From positions 1 through 36,871 of the forward strand of contig PS015719.1 of the NCBI GenBank assembly GCA_048213135.1: a stretch of 36,871 nucleotides of DNA, read 5' to 3'. The position numbers and the translations under genes were made by a program. A model generated the notes under the pieces. It had not been told where the DNA came from. It saw nothing but the letters and a program-made list of their open reading frames with translations, and made no database searches. This document shows positions 30,695 through 36,871 of this stretch, piece after piece. How positions within the stretch are numbered: position 1 is the stretch's first letter; each line of letters begins with the position of its first letter. This stretch comes from Reclinomonas americana ATCC 50394. Its lineage: Eukaryota.

Positions 30695-32511
30695 ATGTTG
30701 GGCGACAGCGACAATGACAGCGGCGGCTGGAATACAGTCTACTTCGCCTGGTCTGGGCCACATGCTCTCTCTCTCTCTCTCTCTCTCTCGCTCACTGACG
30801 CACACACAAACTGACTGTTACAGCGATGTGGCGCTGATTGTGCTGTACCTGCTCACGATTGTGCTCAACGTGCGACGTCTGTGGATCGGGTGGCGCATGT
30901 CGAGCAGTGAGTCGGCGAATCAGCAAGGGCGTCGATCATCGTCACATGTGCAGGAGAATGCGCAGGCAAATGCCGCGGAAAAAAGCAGTGGTGCCGTGTC
31001 GCCGGTCGCTGCGGGAGTGTCAGTGTCGCCCGCGCTGTTCCGTCGCATGTTGTGCTTGTTTACACTGGCAGCGTGCACTTGTTGCGTCATTCCGCGTGAA
31101 GTGAGAGAGAGTCCTGTGCACACGCTCATTGCCGACGGGGTGTTGCAGTTCGCGCCATGATGTGTCTGCTGGACTCGCTGTATCGTACGCCGCTGTATGA
31201 TAGCGATGAGAAGGTGCGCTGGGTACATTCGGCGTTGTTTACCACGTTTTCGCTGTTGCCGGCGTACTTTTTCGCCACCATGGAGAGTCTGCTGATCACG
31301 TACTGGTCGGAGTTGTACAATTTGGCGTTTGCCACGGCCTCGCGTTCGCTGAGTGCCACCGAGGCTGCGGCGCGCAGTGCGGCGCGTAAGAGTGCTGGTG
31401 GGCTGCCGGTGTCGGAGAGCACGGGTCTGCTGTCGAGTTTCAATGGCGCCGATGAGGAGTATGGTGGTGTNNNNNNNNNNNNNNNNNNNNNNNNNNNNNN
31501 NNNNNNNNNNNNNNNNNNNNNNNNNNNNNNNNNNNNNNNNNNNNNNNNNNNNNNNNNNNNNNNNNNNNNNNNNNNNNNNNNNNNNNNNNNNNNNNNNNNN
31601 NNNNNNACCGACTGCTGTGCGTGGATCAGTGGTGCTCAGCACCCCAGTGGACGGCGTGAATGCCGTCGCGGAGGAGACGGCCGCCGCTGGCACATGGTGG
31701 GACTGGCACGAGTATGTTTCATTTTTTGCTTGTCGTCTCACTGTGTTCCTCCGTGCAGCGGCTGCTCCTGGTCGAGCCTCGTCATCTTCTGGGTCTGCAC
31801 CGCCGTCCAGTGGACCATTGGCGTGGGTCTCCTCATTGCCGCCAACGTCATCTCGGGACCTGCGTCAGACCAGGGTGCTGGTGAGTTGGAGGGGCGATGC
31901 AGCCGCTCTGTCGAGCAGTCGCGCTCATCACTTCCGTCACGCAGGGTTGACACTCTGGCAGTCGGTGCTGTACGACTATTGCGCCTGCTTGTTTGTCGGC
32001 TGTGCCATTGCATTCGGCGTGGTTGGTCTGCGCCTCATGCTCAAGCTGCGCCGCTCGCCCATGCACACCAGTCGCTGGCGTGCGCTAATCAAGAAGGTTT
32101 TTTTTTTGTTTTGGCGTCTCACATCGTTGCTCGTCGATCATCCGTGCTGAACGAGGGCGAACCAGGTGGCCTTCCTCACGGGCATGTGCATCGTGGCCTT
32201 CACCACGAGAGCGGTGATGATTTTTGTGGAGGTGCATTCCACCCTGCACCTGCTCGATGACCCGCGAATTGCGCTGGTGCGTGTGCCACGTGCTTGCTGG
32301 CTTTGATTTTCATTGTTCGCCCGCGATTCACTTGCATTTGTTTTCTGCCGGGGCAAAACAACAGGGCTACTATGGCATCCTGGAGGTGGTGCCCATCTTC
32401 TCCCTCTTGTGGGTGCTGCCACGGCCACAAGAATCACACGTCGAGGACTCCACCAAGGGCGGTTCCGCGATCCACGCCTCACACACGGGCATGTCGCCCT
32501 ACAAGAGGTAA
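30695..32511 (+). CDS. TOM1/THH1/TOM3-family (DUF1084, GPR137-like) multi-pass membrane protein
   Basis: Spliced product MLGDSDNDSGGWNTVYFACDVALIVLYLLTIVL...; family-like segments LLPAYFFATMESLLITYWSELY, AFGVVGLRLMLKLRRSP...KKVAFLTGMCIVAFTTRAV and YYGILEVVPIFSLLWVL; TAA at 32509-32511; a small N gap lies inside. Confidence 0.82.
31471..31606. other. Assembly gap (136 N)
   Basis: Run of N. Confidence 1.
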
Positions 32512-32573
32512 ACGGGGGCGCGAATAGCGCGTGCGCCACACTAATGAGTAAAGAAAACGCCGTTGCGCTGTTG

Positions 32574-34222
32574 CTACACCGCGTCGCTCAGCACCGTAAG
32601 CAACTCGTGCAGCACCGACGACACATTGCTGGTCAGCTGCAATGACAGGAATGAGAAGGAGGGGAGGAAAAGGAAATGAAGGAGGGAGGGGACGGGTGCG
32701 CGCAACTCGCAAGCGGCCAGCTGCGTGCACCGTGTAGCCCCCGAGCGACACACTCAGCAGGTGCAGGCCGGTGAGCTCCAAGTTGAAGGTGGAAAACATG
32801 AAATGCTCGAGATGTGACACAGCGCTGGCGGCATCGTGTTGACTGCAGCAGCGAGGAGGCGCGTGAGCAACATGTGTTTGTGGGTGGGCAGGGATAGTGT
32901 TGAGTGTGCCGCACCACAACTGGAGCCACAGATCGGCGGGAAACTCGGCGGTCATCGTCTGCAGCGCACCATGCTCCGTCGTGTCTTCTGTGCCCACACC
33001 GAATACGAACTCGCACTGCCGGCTGCATGTGTGCATGAGCAACAAACAAGGGAATGCACGACTGGAAAGTACCAAACGCAACGACACCATGACAGCCACG
33101 TCACCATCGTCTCCACCTTCCGCTTCGTCGTCGCCACTCCCACGACCGTCGTCGGTCTCCCGGCGACGCACGACCGTCTTGCGCGCCCTTCCTCTCACCC
33201 TGCCTCGTTCTTTCGCCGCCACCGCCTCTCTCCCTCGCATGACGGCGGCCACCGACTGACACACGGCCGAGGCCGCCACACGCAACACGTGCGGCGGCAG
33301 CAACGCCTCAAAGAACCGACAGTCGAACAGCGCACACACCGTACTCACGTACTTGGCCAGCGCACTGGCTGGCGTGGCGCGCAACAGAGCCAGTCGACAC
33401 AGGTGACGACCATGCGGTGTGGGCGCCGCGCGTCGCCGACCTGCATGCCACGTGAGAACCAACGGGGAGAAAGCAGAAGAAACACGCTTCAGTCAGCTGA
33501 CCTGCCGCTGCAGCTCGCGGCGACATGCTACTCGCTCGTCGCAGCGGCGACGGACCACGCGCCGCCACCTCCACCGACATGGGTGCCGGCGCCTAACTCA
33601 AAACCACATGAGGCAGCAGCAGGATTGCGAAAAAGAACACTGCACACACCTCCGCCAGCATCGTCTCCTCCAGCTGCGAACTGGCAAACACCGATCGCGT
33701 CGTGAACTCTTGCTCCAGCGCATCGCGTCCATCTACACTCCCCCCAATGAGCAACACAGATAAAGAGAGACAGACTGCACGACAACAAACCATCAAATCG
33801 ACACCGCAGAAAGCACAGCTCAAACACCACACGCTCCTCTTCTCCAACACGCATCAGCACCACCTGCTCTGGATCACCACGCTCCTCATTGGCCTCTGCA
33901 TACGCGCAAGTAAGCACACACAAAAAAACACAACAACAAATGATGATCACGCACCATGCACCACCCATTGCACCGAATGCACCGCGGAACTCTACACACA
34001 CATACACACAGATCAGTATCTCTCCGCCTGCGCACGAAGTACTGCATGCACCAACGCAACTGCAGCATCGAGCGCACTCTGCAGCTTCCCGCTCACAGGC
34101 GACACATTCAGCACATGCGCCTCCAGTCGGCCCTCGCGATGCGGCAGTCCGTGCAGAGGCGATACGCGGAACAGGTGCCACTCGCCAGCAGCACCGGAAA
34201 GCAGCGCGTGCACATCAGTCAT
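32574..34222 (-). CDS. CENPL: Centromere protein L (CENP-L/Fta1-like kinetochore CCAN subunit)
   Basis: Three ordered CENP-L-like blocks: N-terminal GEWHLFRVSPLHGL (cf. W-x-L-Y-x-x-[ST]-P-L-Y); LALLRA...VCALFDCRFFEALLPPHVL (cf. LPL...FDC); C-terminal LEHFMFSTFNLELTGLHLLSVSLGGYTVHAAGRLRL (cf. HF..HF.I.L....L..VS......GKIK). ATG 34222, TAG 32574-32576. Confidence 0.75.
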
Positions 34223-34231
34223 TGTTTATGT

Positions 34232-34272
34232 AAATCCGGCGCCAAAATTTGGTGTCGGATTTCGAATTCGAA
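34232..34272 (-). promoter_or_regulatory. Putative cell-cycle promoter element: E2F-like site within an inverted repeat plus tandem TTCGAA (CHR-like)
   Basis: GGCGCCAAAA at 34238-34247 (TTTTGGCGCC on the CENP-L strand); imperfect inverted repeat with 15-bp arms at 34232-34262; TTCGAATTCGAA at 34261-34272; all within 50 bp of the CENP-L ATG. Confidence 0.45.
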
Positions 34273-34325
34273 CCACTGTCCGATCTTGGTGTGAAGAGAG
34301 CGCAGAGTGTGTGCTTGGGACGCCT

Positions 34326-34705
34326 GTGTGTGTTTGCCTCTCTCTGTTTGTGTGTGTACTCGTGCAAACGCTCTGGTTATCATCTGTGTGTGAGTGAACG
34401 AGTGAAGTGAGTGAGTGAGAGAGCAAGTCGGAAAAGCCGAGGTGAGTCCGCAGCAACCACCAACGTCCCGTGCGTGTACGTGAGAGAGAGAGAGAGAGAG
34501 AGAGAGGAAGACAGTGTGTGTTGTGCATGTTGTTCCTTGTGTGTGCGTGTGTGTGTGCGTGCGTGTGACAGAGAGAGAGAGGATGCCGCGCTTTGTTCGT
34601 GGCGTTGCACGTTTCGATATCTCGCACACACGCACACACACACACACACACACGCACACCTTGCAAGCAACAGAGAGAGAGAGAGCGACACAGAGAGCAC
34701 ACACG
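34326..34705. repeat. Cluster of (GT)n, (GA)n and (CA)n microsatellites in the probable 5' UTR and UTR intron(s) of the transporter gene
   Basis: GA run at 34482-34506, CA run at ~34625-34658, GT runs; GTGAGT donor at 34442 and ccag acceptor near 34783. Confidence 0.8.
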
Positions 34706-34793
34706 CATGCACACCACTCATCTCTGTCCAAACTGAGCATGGATGCGATTCTGATCTCACTCTCTCTTGTATTGTATTGCCAGCTCGGAAAAC

Positions 34794-36871
34794 ATGCGGA
34801 CCTCGGTGTGGTTCATGAACGGCGTTGGCTGGGCCGCCTCCTCGCCCATTGCCTTTGCGGTTCTCCTGCGATACATTATCCATCTGAGCCCCTTTTGTGC
34901 CACCTGCAACACCTACCCATTCTTCTACGTCGCTGTCGTTGCGTTCATCATCATTGTCATCATTGTGCTCTCCCCCCTCGCCCAACTTGCACTCAATTAC
35001 ATACACAGTACTCTGTGATCATGTTTGTGGCCTCGGTGGTCTATTTCATCGTGCAAGTGCTGCGGTGAGGGAGTTGTGGAGTGTGCGTGTGTGAGTTGCT
35101 CTTGTGACTGACTCTTGGTGTGCGTTGACAGATCGGACCCCGAGAAGCAAGTGTTTCCGCTCAGCATGTGGCAGTACGGTGTGCTGTCGGTGTTTCATGT
35201 GGCGTCGCACTTGTTGAGCATCAAGGCTCTCGAGTCGGCGTACATGACAGTTGGCCGGTGCGTCTTTCACCCCACCCCCCCTGTCCATCCGCATCTCTGC
35301 TCCTTCTCACCCTCTCGCCGCTTCAGCTTCCTGGTGTTTGAGCTGGTCGACATTGTCATTATGCTCGTGCTCGGCTCGTGGTTCCTCGGTCGCCGCTGCC
35401 ACAAGGTGTGGCGTGTGCTGATTGGCAGCATCTTGGCGGTCGGTGGTGTGGCCGTGTTCTGGTTGACCGTCTGGGATGGTGCGTTTGCGTGTGTGTGTGC
35501 GTGTCTGCATAAACGGTGGATACTCATCGAGAATCACTCTGTGTGTGCGCAGTGTTCTTCCGCGGAACCACCGTCCCGTCGGGCAAGTACAACCTGCTTG
35601 GCGTGTTGTATGTGTTCCTGGCCCGCATTTGCTGGGTCTCGCGGGGCGTGCTGTCGCGCCGCTTCCTGGTGCGCGCTGGCGCCAGTGTCAACCCCGAGGC
35701 ACTGGTGGATCGCGTGGAGGCCATCAAGGGTGCCGAGGAGTACAGCACGCCGGTGCGTCTCACCATTTTTCTGTGTGAATAAGTCCTCGCGCGTGTTCTC
35801 ACCCCGGCGGCACAGGAGGGCAAGAAGACGCTCCCCGACGAATACAAGCGCGGTCACTTGTTTATCGGCCGCGACGACATGGAGCTCACGCAGCTCGACC
35901 AGATCTTCGACAATGCCATGTACGACGCCGAGTATGTGAGGTCAGTCACTATTCTCGCACTGCCATCGACTGCCCCTCCTCACTCATCGCTCTCCTCCCG
36001 CAGCACCACGCGCGATTCGACGTTCCAGTTGCACGCGATTGGCGGTGGAATGGTGCTGGCACCGGCTGCCATTTTCGCGTCGGTAATGAATGGCGAGACG
36101 CCGGACACATTCAACCAGATCACCGGTGCTCCCATTGTGACCTTGGTGCTGCTTGGCATCATGGCGGCGCTCTTCCCCTTCCGCTCGCTCTTCACCAGCA
36201 ATGTTGCGTCCACTGCGTTTTGCCCCGCGATGTGTGCGCTCTCGACTGATCCTCCCCGCCTTTGCAGTTTGTGAGCAACTCTTCGTCGGGCACGTTGTTT
36301 GGCTGGCGTGTGAGCAAGATCGTGTTGGGCGTGTGCGCCGGCATTGTGCTGTTCGACGATGAGTTGTCGACGGCCACCCAGATTGCCGGACTCGCCACGG
36401 CCATTGCCGGCCACTTTATCATTCGCCATGCCTACGGCCGCTCGATGGAGAACGACTATGTGCGATTCCAGATTGCCGCTCTCGACACACACTTTGGCGG
36501 CGAGCTGCAAGCCGAGGATGCGCGCGCACTCATCCGCGTGCACCGTCTGCTCGGTTTCGAGACCTTCCAGCGCATCATGTTCCAGGCCGCGCTGCACGAG
36601 GACACCAAGCAGTGGCGCAACACGGCGCCGCGTTCGCTCGACGTGCGCCGCGTGCTCGACCAGGACGACGCCCGTCTCCGCGCGTGGTTGGCGCAGGGTG
36701 TGCCGGGTGCACGTGACCCCATGTTCCAGCAGCACGGCACGGTGGCTGATCTCGAGGCCGGCTACTTCAAGCCAACTCGTTGCGTTTTTTTCTGTTTTTC
36801 TGCCCTTTATCGAATGCGAGTGCTGACGAGGATTGTGTTGTTTTTTTTTTTTACAGCTGGTGGATCGCTAA
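34794..36871 (+). CDS. Drug/metabolite-transporter superfamily protein, TPT/SLC35 (nucleotide-sugar transporter-like), with C-terminal soluble extension
   Basis: About ten hydrophobic helices with a TPT/SLC35-like pattern: YPFFYVAV, LGSWFLGRR...SILAVGGVAV, YNLLGVLYVFLARICWVSRGVLSRRFL, KIVLGVCAGIVLFDDELSTATQIAGLATAIAG. Start ATG 34794 is inferred. The 3' end is ambiguous: it either ends at TAA 36869-36871 or runs off the window. Confidence 0.72.

Noticed and set aside
30695-32511. TOM1-like gene as a sign of virus association or plant gene transfer
   Set aside because: The DUF1084/GPR137-like family is broadly distributed in eukaryotes, so its presence is unremarkable
34583-34605. Upstream ATG (ATGCCGCGC) as the transporter start
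   Set aside because: None of the nearby GT donors I tried joins it in frame to the exon starting near 34784; it may be a uORF or intronic

Overview
Eukaryotic (protist-like), GC-rich, very gene-dense scaffold. It has many short (~65-110 nt) GT-AG introns, (CA)n/(CT)n microsatellites and four N gaps, so most ORF-track entries are exon fragments or antisense shadows. Manual splicing supports nine protein-coding genes in strictly alternating orientation (+ - + - + - + - +): a 5'-truncated long coiled-coil protein; a small hypothetical protein; deoxyribose-phosphate aldolase with an N-terminal extension; a large secreted fibronectin type III repeat protein with a probable GPI signal; cytosolic histidyl-tRNA synthetase fused to a histidine-ammonia-lyase-like domain lacking the MIO motif; a highly divergent myosin-like protein; a TOM1/THH1 (GPR137-like) membrane protein; CENP-L; and a TPT/SLC35-type transporter. 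The best candidate for something new is the myosin. It keeps the myosin scaffold but has a degenerate P-loop, switch I and switch II and an apparent internal deletion, followed by about five IQ motifs and a tail of TF-x-P-x-I-N/RLY repeats, which suggests a catalytically dead motor used as a cytoskeletal linker. Other signals are a recurrent register-shifted 5' splice site (GTTGCG), a 51-bp head-to-head spacer, and E2F plus CHR-like motifs just upstream of CENP-L. All homology calls are by eye from recalled family motifs; no searches were run and the organism cannot be identified.
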